DNA of 64,000 bases from Candidatus Cloacimonadales bacterium. Its GTDB lineage: Bacteria; Cloacimonadota; Cloacimonadia; Cloacimonadales; JAFGVF01. Below the pieces are notes generated by a model. The model worked only from the letters and a program-made list of their open reading frames with translations, did no database searches and was not told the DNA's origin. Below, in pieces: positions 48,389 to 58,900 of this stretch; the first letter of the stretch is position 1, and the number at the start of each line of letters is the position of its first letter. A program made the position numbers and the translations under genes. The DNA is taken from contig OY782781.1 in the NCBI GenBank assembly GCA_963678315.1, positions 64,001 to 128,000 on the forward strand. Direction: 5' to 3'.

Positions 48389-49264
48389 ATGAAATATACA
48401 GATCCTGTTTATAGACCACCCTACGAAGCTGATAGTCTTCTTCTCCAAGTCACAGTTGGATGTGCTCACAACAAATGCACTTATTGTACAATGTATAGCG
48501 GTGTACAATTTTCTACAGAGACTCTTGAACAAGTTGAAGAAGACCTTAAAGAAGCAAAAGAACTTTATGGAAGTGTAAAAAGGGTTTTCCTGGTAAATGG
48601 AGATGCATTTGTCTTATCCTATTCAAAGTTAAAGCCTATTGCAGAAATGATTATAAAATACTTCCCTATGGTAGAAGTAATTACCATGTATGCTTCTATC
48701 AACAACATCAAATCAAAAACAGATGAGGAATTGCTTGAGCTGGCTAATCTAAGAATTAATGAACTATGGGTAGGAGTTGAAACTGGCCATTCAGCTACTT
48801 TAGATTACTTCAATAAAGGATTTTCTGTAAAAGATTCTTATGAGCAGTTACCTAGGCTGAACAAAGCAGGTATAAAACATATTGATATTTACATTTTAGG
48901 TGGTGCAGGAAAAGGTAAAGGAATTATTAATGCCCAAGAAAATGCTAAACTTATTAACGCTATCAAACCTATGGCAATTGCAACAACAACCATGGGAGCT
49001 TTTGGAGATAGTCAGCTAGCAATAGATGTCCAAAAAGGTATTTTCCAACCAGCAACAGAAAGAGAAGTTCTTGATGAGCAAAAGCTGTTAATAGAATTGA
49101 TTGAAGTGAACCTAGCCTATTTGGGAGTGCATGCTATTAATACAGTACCTTTTGATGCTAGACTTCCTAAACAGAGAATCCAAGCCTTAGACGTAATAGA
49201 TAAGGTTATCGACAAACTAGATGATGATTATCTAGATAGTATTCCTCAAAGAAATTCAATATAA
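48389..49264 (+). CDS. Radical SAM protein
   Basis: YRPP.E, GCAHNKCTYC Fe-S motif, GVETG. Confidence 0.9.
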   Translation: MKYTDPVYRPPYEADSLLLQVTVGCAHNKCTYCTMYSGVQFSTETLEQVEEDLKEAKELYGSVKRVFLVNGDAFVLSYSKLKPIAEMIIKYFPMVEVITMYASINNIKSKTDEELLELANLRINELWVGVETGHSATLDYFNKGFSVKDSYEQLPRLNKAGIKHIDIYILGGAGKGKGIINAQENAKLINAIKPMAIATTTMGAFGDSQLAIDVQKGIFQPATEREVLDEQKLLIELIEVNLAYLGVHAINTVPFDARLPKQRIQALDVIDKVIDKLDDDYLDSIPQRNSI

Positions 49265-49337
49265 GTAAAATATAATAAAGATAGAAATAATCACAATAAC
49301 AGATACGCTACAATAGCGTCCAAAAAAGGAGATTGAT

Positions 49338-50126
49338 ATGGCAGATTGGAAAACATTAAGTGAAGAATTATCAGAATTATTAGAATTAGATTCAAAAGTA
49401 ATCTCAGTTAAACGATTAGAAAACAAAGATGGTTTGGAAGAAATAGAAGGCTTAGAAAGACCTAAAAGTGCTTTTACTTTCTGTCAATTACCATATTTAG
49501 TTAGAAAACAAGGAAAAACTGTTGGTATTACTAAAGAAGATGCTCAACCTTTAGCTGAAAAAATGCAATTAGGATACAGATGCCTTAGAATTCAAGGTTT
49601 AGCTCCATCAAACGAAGAACAAATTGATGCAGAAGCTAAAGGCTTCACAGGTTTCTGGTTCAACGATTATGAAACTGCTAAAGAAGCAGTATCTTCATAT
49701 CCTCCAGTTCCCTCAATAGAAGCCTTAGTTATGAGCCCTCTTGATGAAGTAAAATATGAACCTGAATATCTTTTAATTTATGCTAATGGTGGACAAATGA
49801 CCCTTTTAATGAACGGATTACAATACTTTAAATATGAACAAGTCCAATCTTACTTTGTTGGTGAAGGTTCTTGTGCAGACTCTCTTCCAAGATGTGTTGC
49901 AACAGGAAAACCATCTCTTTGTCTTCCATGCGTTGGAGAAAGAGGATTTGGACTTGTAAATGATGGAGAAATGGTTATTGCACTGCCTGCAGATAGACTA
50001 GAAAGAACTGTTGAAGGGTTAAAAGCACTAGCTAAAATTGGTCTTAAATATCCACTTGGCCATCAAGAAGCAGGTATGGATGTAACTGAATTATTTACAA
50101 CTTGGTATCCTAAACAAGATAAATAA
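49338..50126 (+). CDS. DUF169 family protein
   Basis: TFCQ, GSCAD, LPCVGER, E...ALP. Confidence 0.8.
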   Translation: MADWKTLSEELSELLELDSKVISVKRLENKDGLEEIEGLERPKSAFTFCQLPYLVRKQGKTVGITKEDAQPLAEKMQLGYRCLRIQGLAPSNEEQIDAEAKGFTGFWFNDYETAKEAVSSYPPVPSIEALVMSPLDEVKYEPEYLLIYANGGQMTLLMNGLQYFKYEQVQSYFVGEGSCADSLPRCVATGKPSLCLPCVGERGFGLVNDGEMVIALPADRLERTVEGLKALAKIGLKYPLGHQEAGMDVTELFTTWYPKQDK

Positions 50127-50148
50127 TTTATAGTTAGTAATTTTATTG

Positions 50149-50187
50149 AAGCACAGACTGATATTTATTGTTAAGCTGTGCTTTTTT
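50149..50187 (+). terminator. Intrinsic terminator; copy 2 of the 39-bp direct repeat
   Basis: AAGCACAG...CTGTGCTT plus T-run; 34/39 identical to 45683-45721. Confidence 0.8.
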
Positions 50188-50220
50188 ATTTAGGGAAACA
50201 AACTATCAATTTACCTCTTG

Positions 50221-50268
50221 CTTACTTGCCACCTTGAAAAAAAGCTGATTTTTCAAGGTGGCTAGTAA
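50221..50268. repeat. REP-like palindrome family A variant with compensatory changes
   Basis: CTTACTT-GCCACCTTGAAAAA-AGCTGA-TTTTTCAAGGTGGC-TAGTAAG. Confidence 0.65.
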
Positions 50269-50306
50269 GGATGGAGTTAGGAGTGAGGAGTTGCTGAGGA
50301 TGGAGT

Positions 50307-50535
50307 GTAAGCATCCACCGATAGGTTGAAGGAACTTCATGCTTACGCAAAGTAAGTGTTTTTTCGTAGCCAAGGATGGCTACAATCCCAGAGCCCATGC
50401 TTTCAAGCATAGGTGAAGGAAGGACTGAGTAGTAATGGATTGTAAGCATCTACCGAAGGTTGAACAGAGTTCATGCTTACGATAATCAATAGCAAGCAGG
50501 GACTGTAACGGTCGAAGACTGTAGCTTACAATCCC
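50307..50535. repeat. Cluster of structured repeats (branched hairpins); REP-like element or ncRNA
   Basis: GTAAGCAT...ATGCTTAC units at 50307-50346 and 50442-50480, a related unit at 50499-50535, hairpin GTAGCCA-AGGA-TGGCTAC. Confidence 0.6.
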
Positions 50536-50613
50536 CTTTAAATAGCTACATCTACAATTATACAATAAAATTATTGACATCAATATAAACTTATAAATTA
50601 TAGTAAATAAAAA

Positions 50614-50643
50614 CCTTTAATCTTGCCCTGTGAGGCAGAAAGG
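50614..50643 (+). promoter_or_regulatory. PyrR-binding-loop-like RNA element in the pyrB leader
   Basis: CCTTTAATCTTGCCCTGTGAGGCAGAAAGG resembles the CUUUAA...CCnGnGAGGY...AAG PyrR motif; lies directly upstream of pyrB. Confidence 0.7.
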
Positions 50644-50744
50644 AGAACACTATGATTATAAAAAAATTATATTCAAACGCCCTCTATAAGAGACAATTAC
50701 AAGATAACTGTTCCCCTTTTTCTATTAAAGATAGGAGTTGATTT

Positions 50745-51683
50745 ATGCAAAACGAGTTCAATTTTGTTAACCGTAACGTTTTTGATTTAGACGACTATAG
50801 TGCAGCTGAGATACTTCATATTCTAGAAAGTACCAAAGCAATGAAAGAAATTAATTCAAGGTCTTATAAGAAAATCCCAACACTTCGAGGAAAAACAGTT
50901 TGTACATTATTCTTTGAAAATAGTACAAGAACTTTAATGTCATTTGAATTGGCAGCTAAAAGATTAAGTGCAGATGTGGTTAGTTTTTCAGCTAATACTT
51001 CTTCTTTAGCAAAAGGAGAAAGTTTACAAGATACAGTTTTAACATTAAATGCTTTGGGTATTGATGCATATATTATCAGACACAGCTATCCTGGCTCACC
51101 ACAAATGGTAAACAAGTATACAGGTAAACCAGTATTAAATGGTGGTGACGGTCGCCATGCACATCCTACACAAGCACTATTAGACATCTTCTCTATCTGG
51201 GAAAAACGTGGTTCATTAGATGGAATGAAAGTTACTATTGTTGGAGATATTGCCCACAGTAGAGTTGTTAGATCAAACCTCATAGGAATGAAAAAACTAG
51301 GAGCAAATGTAACAATCTGTGCACCTAGAACCTTAATGCCAGGTAAAATGGAAGAGATATACGGTTGTAAAGTTGAATACGACTTAAAGACAGCTCTTAC
51401 AGATGCTGATGTTGTGATGGGACTAAGAATGCAGTTAGAACGCCAGAAAGATGGTCTATTCCCAAGTCTTGAAGAATACACAAAATACTACGGTTTGACA
51501 AAAGAAAGTCTATCTTGGGCAAAAAAAGATGCTCTTATTATGCATCCTGGTCCAATGAACAGAGGTATAGAAATCTTACCTGAAATAGCTGATTCAAGCC
51601 AATCTGTGATTTTAGAACAGGTTACTAATGGTGTAGCAGTAAGAATGGCTCTTCTGTTCTTAGTACTCGGTGGAAACTTATAG
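50745..51683 (+). CDS. pyrB: Aspartate carbamoyltransferase catalytic subunit
   Basis: FFENSTRT, KGESL.DT, HPTQALLD, HPGPMNRG. Confidence 0.97.
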   Translation: MQNEFNFVNRNVFDLDDYSAAEILHILESTKAMKEINSRSYKKIPTLRGKTVCTLFFENSTRTLMSFELAAKRLSADVVSFSANTSSLAKGESLQDTVLTLNALGIDAYIIRHSYPGSPQMVNKYTGKPVLNGGDGRHAHPTQALLDIFSIWEKRGSLDGMKVTIVGDIAHSRVVRSNLIGMKKLGANVTICAPRTLMPGKMEEIYGCKVEYDLKTALTDADVVMGLRMQLERQKDGLFPSLEEYTKYYGLTKESLSWAKKDALIMHPGPMNRGIEILPEIADSSQSVILEQVTNGVAVRMALLFLVLGGNL

Positions 51684-51689
51684 GAGGAT

Positions 51690-52961
51690 ATGATGAGAAT
51701 ATTAATTAAAAACGGTCAAGTTTATCAAAACAATTCATTTGTAGAAAAGGATATATTAATAGAGAATGGTAAAATTCTCACAGTAGCTGAAAACATTGAA
51801 GACAAAGCAGATAAAACAGTTGATGCTAGCGGAAAACATATTCTTCCTGGCTTTATTGACCTTCATGCTCACTTAAGAGATCCAGGTCAAACTCATAAAG
51901 AAGATATTATAACAGGAACAGCAGCAGCAGCAAAGGGTGGATTTACTACAATTTGTGCAATGCCAAACACTTACCCTATAGTTGATAACATCGCAACTGT
52001 TGAATATATTCAACGTAAAGCTGCTGATTTAGGTAAATGTAAGGTTAAAGTTATCGGAGCAATGACTAAAAATTCTGAAGGAAAAGAAATTGCTGAATAT
52101 GCTATCATGAAAGAAGGTGGAATAGTTGCAGTTTCAGATGATGGTGGTTGTGTACAAAGTGCTAAACTAATGCAAAACTGTCTAAAATATGCTGCAAACT
52201 TTAATTTACCTGTAATTGTTCACGCTGAAGACTATGATTTAGCTAAAGGTGGACAAGTTAATGCGGGTAAGCTATCTAGTCAGTTAGGATTGGGCGGTAT
52301 TCCAGGTCTAGCAGAAGAAATAATCATTTCACGAGATATAATGCTTGCAGAATCAATTGGAGTTCATCTTCATATTGCACATATTTCTACTGCTAAAGGT
52401 ATAGAATTAATCAGACAAGCTAAAGCTAGAGGAGTAAATATTACAACTGAAGTAACTCCTCATCACTTAACAATGAATGAAGATGCAGTTTATGGTTTTG
52501 ACACTAATACGAAAGTTAAACCACCACTAAGAACTGAAAATGATAGATTAGCATGTATTGCTGGAATACTCGATGGAACAATAGACTATATTGCAACCGA
52601 CCATGCTCCTCATTCTGATTACGAAAAAGAAAAGGAATACAACATAGCTCCATTCGGAATAAATGGATTTGAAACTGCCTTTGCTTCACTAAATACATTC
52701 CTTGTAAAAGTAGGGGTTATGACTTTAGAAGTTCTTGTGAAAGCACTTTCTGAAAATCCTGCTTCTTTCTTAAAGTTAAATACTGGTAAATTAGCAGAAG
52801 GTTTTGATGCTGATATTAGCATTGTTGATCTAAACCAAGAAGTTGAAATTAAAAGAGAAAATATGCTATCTAAATCAATCAATACTCCATATATAAACAA
52901 AAAGCTTAATGGCAGTGTTGATATGACAATTTGCAATGGCAATATCACTTGGGAAAGATAA
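51690..52961 (+). CDS. pyrC: Dihydroorotase (long, type I)
   Basis: DLHAHLRDPG, MPNT, EVTPHH, KVKPPLR, ATDHAPH. Confidence 0.96.
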   Translation: MMRILIKNGQVYQNNSFVEKDILIENGKILTVAENIEDKADKTVDASGKHILPGFIDLHAHLRDPGQTHKEDIITGTAAAAKGGFTTICAMPNTYPIVDNIATVEYIQRKAADLGKCKVKVIGAMTKNSEGKEIAEYAIMKEGGIVAVSDDGGCVQSAKLMQNCLKYAANFNLPVIVHAEDYDLAKGGQVNAGKLSSQLGLGGIPGLAEEIIISRDIMLAESIGVHLHIAHISTAKGIELIRQAKARGVNITTEVTPHHLTMNEDAVYGFDTNTKVKPPLRTENDRLACIAGILDGTIDYIATDHAPHSDYEKEKEYNIAPFGINGFETAFASLNTFLVKVGVMTLEVLVKALSENPASFLKLNTGKLAEGFDADISIVDLNQEVEIKRENMLSKSINTPYINKKLNGSVDMTICNGNITWER

Positions 52962-52990
52962 TTCTGAAATAACAATAGATTTTTAACTCT

Positions 52991-53015
52991 GTACGGGCAA
53001 AATATTTGCCCGTAC
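52991..53015. repeat. Intergenic palindrome (REP-like)
   Basis: GTACGGGCAAA-ATA-TTTGCCCGTAC, no U-tract. Confidence 0.5.
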
Positions 53016-53025
53016 TTAACATAAT

Positions 53026-53784
53026 ATGGAAACAATTATGAAATGCAAGCTAATTAGTAAGCAAATTCTTAATAAAGACTACTATATCCTTACTTTTGAG
53101 AATAGTGAAATCGCCAGTAAAATTGAGGCTGGTCAATTCGTAACTGTTAAACTAAACCAAGTAGTTCCAGGTCAACGATTAGGTATTCCTCTCAGTATTT
53201 ATGACTGTTCAGAAAAGACATTCTCATTGTTTGTAAAGATTTTAGGAGAAGGAACTAGAATTCTTGCTGAAGCAGAAGAAAATGAATCATTAGAGATATT
53301 AGGGCCTTTGGGACAGGGCTTCTCTATACAAAAAGATAAAAATGTTCTCTTTGTAACAGGCGGAGTTGGTTATCCCCCACTTTATTTATTGAAAAAGAAC
53401 TTGGAAAACTGTAACGTTACTTGGTTGCACGGGGGTAGAACTTCAACAGATATATTTGAATGTGATTATGCTTATACAGAAGACGGTTCAGAAGGATCAA
53501 AAGGACTTGTTACTCAAGACTTGATAAAAATAATAGAAGAAAACAAGATAGAATATGCTTACAGCTGTGGTCCTAACGGCATGATGAAGGCTGTTTATAA
53601 GATTCTCAAAGAGAAGAATATTCCTTACCAAGTATCACTTGAAGAATACATGGCTTGTGGAATTGGGGTCTGTTATGGCTGTGCAGTAGAAGTTGTTTCA
53701 CCTGATTCAGAGCCTCTCTATAAAAGGGTTTGTAAGGATGGACCTGTATTTAATGCTGAAGAAATCAAATGGGAGTCTATCTAA
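53026..53784 (+). CDS. pyrK: Dihydroorotate dehydrogenase electron transfer subunit
   Basis: GQFV, GPLGQGF, GGVGYPP, CGP, MACGIGVCYGC...VC.DGPVF. Confidence 0.95.
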   Translation: METIMKCKLISKQILNKDYYILTFENSEIASKIEAGQFVTVKLNQVVPGQRLGIPLSIYDCSEKTFSLFVKILGEGTRILAEAEENESLEILGPLGQGFSIQKDKNVLFVTGGVGYPPLYLLKKNLENCNVTWLHGGRTSTDIFECDYAYTEDGSEGSKGLVTQDLIKIIEENKIEYAYSCGPNGMMKAVYKILKEKNIPYQVSLEEYMACGIGVCYGCAVEVVSPDSEPLYKRVCKDGPVFNAEEIKWESI

Positions 53785-54681
53785 ATGTGCTTAGAAACAA
53801 AACTTGGAAAACTAGTTTGTAAAAACCCTATTACAACTGCATCAGGTACTTTTGGATATGAGATGAAAGATTACTTAGACTTTAATCAACTAGGTGCAAT
53901 GGTAACTAAAACTATCACACTCCATAGGAAAGCTGGAAATCCTTCCCCAAGACTTTATGAAACTGAGTTTGGACTATTGAATTCAATTGGCTTGCAAAAC
54001 CCTGGTCTTGAAACATTTATAAAAGACTACTTACCTAAATATAGAGAATTCTCATCTCCATTAATTGTTAGCTTTTCTGGTTCTACTGAAGAAGAATTCC
54101 TAACAATACTTAGGAGATTAGAAGAAGCAGAAGGAATCTCAGGCTATGAAGTTAATGTTTCATGCCCAAATGTTGAAAATGAAGGAATAGCTTTTGGCGT
54201 TGACGCAGATGTTGTATACAACTTAACCAAAAAATTATCTGCTATAACTGACAAAGAATTAATTGTTAAGTTAACTCCAAACGTTACAGATATAGTTTCA
54301 ATCGCTAAAGCAGCCAAAGAAGGAGGAGCAGACTCTCTTGCCCTAATAAACACCCTTCTTGGTATGGCTATTGACCCTTTCTCTGGAAAGTCAAGAATTG
54401 CAAAAAGAGTATGTGGCTATAGTGGAAAAGCGATAAAGCCTGTAGCCTTGCAAAATGTTTATAGAGTTGCCCAAAGTGTTGATATACCTATTCTTGCAAT
54501 GGGAGGTGCTGAAGATTATAAAGATGTATTAGAATTTTTATATGCTGGTGCCTCAATGGTTGCAATTGGTACGGCAAGCTTCTATAATCCGAATGCATGT
54601 ACCGAAGCAATATTTGACTTACAGAAATATTTTTTAAAAAATAAATTGACTACTTTAGATGTAATTAATAAAATTACTTAA
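53785..54681 (+). CDS. pyrD: Dihydroorotate dehydrogenase type 1B catalytic subunit
   Basis: ASGTFG, NSIGLQNPG, NVSCPNV, KLTPN, INT. Confidence 0.96.
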   Translation: MCLETKLGKLVCKNPITTASGTFGYEMKDYLDFNQLGAMVTKTITLHRKAGNPSPRLYETEFGLLNSIGLQNPGLETFIKDYLPKYREFSSPLIVSFSGSTEEEFLTILRRLEEAEGISGYEVNVSCPNVENEGIAFGVDADVVYNLTKKLSAITDKELIVKLTPNVTDIVSIAKAAKEGGADSLALINTLLGMAIDPFSGKSRIAKRVCGYSGKAIKPVALQNVYRVAQSVDIPILAMGGAEDYKDVLEFLYAGASMVAIGTASFYNPNACTEAIFDLQKYFLKNKLTTLDVINKIT

Positions 54682-54700
54682 ATATAACTTTTAATAATTT

Positions 54701-54762
54701 TGACGGGCCCCCGCCTTGTCAGCATCATCTTAAAATAAACTAGGGGGTCCGTTAATTTTTTT
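54701..54762 (+). terminator. Possible terminator (large loop) after the pyr operon
   Basis: TGACGGGCCCCC ... GGGGGTCCGTTA followed by T-run. Confidence 0.5.
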
Positions 54763-54859
54763 GCCTAAAATACAAGTTTAACCAAACAATTAATTCATTA
54801 GGAATACAAATTGCATTTAATATTTAGATAGTAATAATAATTAATCCGTAGGAGGAAGT

Positions 54860-55897
54860 GTGAAGAGAATATTATTTTTAGTTCTTACAATATCAATATT
54901 AATAGTTGGCTGTGCTAAGGCAAATGATCCAACTGAAACTGAAGAAAACAGTGTTTTAACTGAAGTTACAAGAGTTAGTCTAAACGGTTTTGGAGTTGGG
55001 CTAGATGTTGGAGACGAATATATTGCTGTTGCTGAAGATAATGCAGGAATTTCACTTATTGATAAAGAAACTTACGAAAGATATTGGTATACTCAAATGT
55101 ATACACCAAGTGATGGATCAGTTACTAACTTAGGAAGAAACAGAAGAATCCATCTTCTAGAAGACCAAGATATGTTATTCTTTACTGAAGAGCTTGGAGC
55201 TGATAATATCCGTGTTGCTTCAATAGAAAACCCTGACACACTTGTATTTAAATCTAGTGTTACTGGTGGTACTTTTGCTATAAAACAAATTCAGATAGAT
55301 CCTTATGTTGATCCAAACTCAACAGAATATATCAATTACATAGCTAGAGGTTTCTATTGCAATGCTAATACAATTAATATTCTTGGTTGGGACTCAATTT
55401 CATGGTCACTTCACGGGGCAAGTTCAATTAAGCAATACATCTTCCCTACAGATGTTAACGGTGCTGACATGAATGACGAAATTGTTGCTGCTGCATGTGG
55501 ACAGCGTGGCGTATTTATATCTGATACAGAATCAGGTGATATTTTAGCAGAGATTAACACTCCAGATGAAGCTTATTCTGTAAAGATAGCAGGAGATTAT
55601 CTTTATGTAGCAGATAACAGATCTGGATTTAGAGCATACAACATTTCAGATTTAAGCAATGTTCAAGAATTATTTACTTATAACACAACAGGCTATGCTA
55701 GAACTATCTCTTCTGATGATAACTATGCAGTAGTTTCATCTACTTCAGGGGGAATCTATTTATTTGATATTTCAGATCCAGAAAACATCTCTTATGTAGA
55801 AAAAGTAGATCCAGGATACTGTAATAAAGTTCAAGTTAATGATGGAAAGATATATGTTATAACTAAAGAGGGTGAACTTATTGTTTACGAGTATTAA
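54860..55897 (+). CDS. LVIVD-repeat beta-propeller lipoprotein
   Basis: Lipobox IVGC; YLYVAD..SG...YNISD, GIYLFDISDP. Confidence 0.8.
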   Translation: MKRILFLVLTISILIVGCAKANDPTETEENSVLTEVTRVSLNGFGVGLDVGDEYIAVAEDNAGISLIDKETYERYWYTQMYTPSDGSVTNLGRNRRIHLLEDQDMLFFTEELGADNIRVASIENPDTLVFKSSVTGGTFAIKQIQIDPYVDPNSTEYINYIARGFYCNANTINILGWDSISWSLHGASSIKQYIFPTDVNGADMNDEIVAAACGQRGVFISDTESGDILAEINTPDEAYSVKIAGDYLYVADNRSGFRAYNISDLSNVQELFTYNTTGYARTISSDDNYAVVSSTSGGIYLFDISDPENISYVEKVDPGYCNKVQVNDGKIYVITKEGELIVYEY

Positions 55898-55908
55898 TTA
55901 AAGAGGAT

Positions 55909-58900
55909 GTGATGAAAAAAAACCTTTTAAGCCTACTGATTTTATTCATTTCGGTGGGTCTTTTTTCTGCTCCAAACATGGAGTATGATGTTAATGAAAG
56001 TTTCAAAGTACTAGACGAGAGTGAAAATGAAATAATCGTAGAATTCAATTTACCTGAATACGATATTTCAGCAATGAATGTTAAGGGGCAGAAATTCACC
56101 CTGATTGATTCAAAGAATCAAACCTACACCACACAAACAGGTTATCCGATGTTACCTAAATATGGAACTGGTATTGCAGTCCCTTATCAAGGTGAAGTAA
56201 AAGCTGAAGTCTTATCACAAGACTTTGATATGCTAAGCATTGGAGAAATCTATCCAAGTCAAGAAGAAGGATTTGTTACTAATCCAGAAAACTTTATCAA
56301 CAAGAACTATGAAGGGTTCTTCCCAGTGAACAATCTTGAATCAAGCGAACCATTTATTGTTCGTGATTTAAGAGTTTCACCTTTAGTGATTAATCCTTTC
56401 CAATATAATGAAGCTAAGAAAGTATTGAAAGTAACAAGATCTGTTAAAGTGAAACTTACTATTGATTCTAATGTTCAAGGCTTCAATGAAATGGAACAAC
56501 CACAAAAATTCTCTTCTGCATTCTTCAATCTATATGAATCTACTATCCTTAATTTCGATAGAGATTCAATGCAAAGAAATGCTCAAGATAATGCTAACAT
56601 ACTAGTTATTCATAAAGAAAGCTCTGATACACAGTTCAATCAAAAGTTAGAGCAATACTTCAAGTTTAAACTTCAAAAAGGCTACAACTTAAAGATAGCT
56701 GATACTGGTGAGATTGGTTCAACATCAGCAACAGGAATTAAAAACTATATAGCTGGACTTTATGATGGTCAAGTGTTCAGACCTGACTATGTCATCCTCC
56801 TTGGTGATGTTTCTGGGACTTTAGGAATTCCTACCCACAATCCAAACTATGCAGATAGTGCTGAGGGTGACTACCCTTACACATTTTTAGCTGGTGATGA
56901 CTTTGCTGGTGATGTATTCATAGGTAGAATGTCTATCGATAACTCTGGTGATTTAGCTCGTTATTACGGAAAGATGCGTTCTTTTGAATTATTAACAAAC
57001 TCATCTAATGATGATTACCTTAGCAGAATGCTACTTGTAGGTGACACAGATCCTTCTGGAGAATCAACAGTAAACAACTGTAAGTTTGTTAAACAAACTG
57101 CATCTAGAATATATCCTGATTACGAATACACAGAAATTTATAATGACAGTCCGAATCCTGCTTTGATGAATCAAGCAATCAATATGGGTGTTGGAATCTA
57201 TGTTTATCGTGGTTATATTGGCATGAGTAGCTGGAATCCAGGTTCTTCTCAGGTTAATATTGATAAACTAAACCATGCAGTTATTAACACATGTGCTACA
57301 GGTAACTTTGCTAGCACTGCGACAACTGAAGCTTACATGAATATGGGTACTGAAGCTGCTCCTAAAGGTGGAGTTACAGCTATAGGAATGGCTACTGCTT
57401 CTACACATACATCATTTAATAATAGTTTAACTGGTGGTATCTTCCATGGTATCATGAATCACCATCAAAGAACCATGGGAGAAGCTCTTCTCACAGGTAA
57501 GCTAACAACTTATATTGTCTATAAAGACTCTGATATGGATGATGTTAAGAAGTTCACTCACTGGTGTAATCTTATTGGCGACCCTACTGTAGATATCTAT
57601 GTTGGTAAAGCAGGTTACTTAGAGGCTGAGAATACTGGTCTTTACAATGATTCTAATCAGTTATCTTTCATTATAAAAGATAGCCAAGGTCGATTAGTTT
57701 CAGATGCAAATGTTTCTTTAACAACAGTAGCTGGCGAAATAGTTAACACTACTTCTAATAATTCAGGTATTGCTACATTTACTTTGAATACAGTAGAAAG
57801 CGTGTATCAACTAACTGCTAACAAGGCAGATTATCACCCATTACAGGAAACAATTAATGTTGATACTGCTTCTCCAATCAGAATCTCTGAAGTTATAATT
57901 GATGATGATGCTGAAGGACAATCAACTGGTAATGGTAATGGAATTCTTGAAGCCGGAGAAGAAGTTGAATTAAACTTCGTAATGGAGAATTTAACTCCTG
58001 ATGTTATGAGCAATGTTGCTATTGATATCTCTTCTATCAACTCTAAAGTAGAGGTATTATCAAATTCAACTACTATAACTGAAATCCAAGGAAATTCTAC
58101 TTCTGGCTTAACTGAAAATCTTGTTATCAGTCTTGGAAGTGATTTAATTGAAGGCGAATTGATTGCCTTCTACCTCAATGCTGGCTTAGGAGATGAAAAC
58201 TATAATTTAATCAAGACTTTCCAAGTAAGCGGAAACAATATTCACTTAATAGATACTGATGTTACACTTACTGGTGTCTCTTTTGAATCTAATGAAACTG
58301 CTACTATTTCAGCAACAATCAAGAATATGCACCCTAATACTGTTACATCTGCTAATGCTTACTTGCAACTTGATAATGGTTACTTTAATGTTGATACTGA
58401 ATCAATTGCTATTGCTGATTTAGCTCAAAACAGCACCCAAACTCTTGATTTTATTATTTCAACAGATATTGATAACATTCCTGGAATGACAGCCAATGCT
58501 AAATTAATCATTGATAATCAAACTAATATATATTTTGAAGATAACTTTGAAGTTACTTTCGGAACTGCTACAGCAGATTCACCAATGGGTCCAGATGCCT
58601 TTGGTTATGTAATCTATGATTCAAATGATACTAACTATGCTCAAGCTCCAACTTATGAATGGATTGAAATATCTTCTTCTCTTGGTGGTAGCGGAGAATT
58701 ATTAGATATTACTGATTCTGAAGCAAGTGGTGAAGGTGATGGCGTTGGCGCTAACTCTACTGAAACAGTAGACCTTCCTTTTATCTTCAAGTATTATGGT
58801 GAAGATTATGATAAAATTACTGTTTGTTCTAACGGTTTTATCTCAATGGGAGAAAACAGTAATGGTGAGTTCAGAAACTATAGACTTCCTGGTGCTCTTG

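Noticed and set aside
50222..50583. ORFs 50222..50449 and 50380..50583 (-)
   Set aside because: No recognisable motif or RBS; they overlap the structured repeat cluster.
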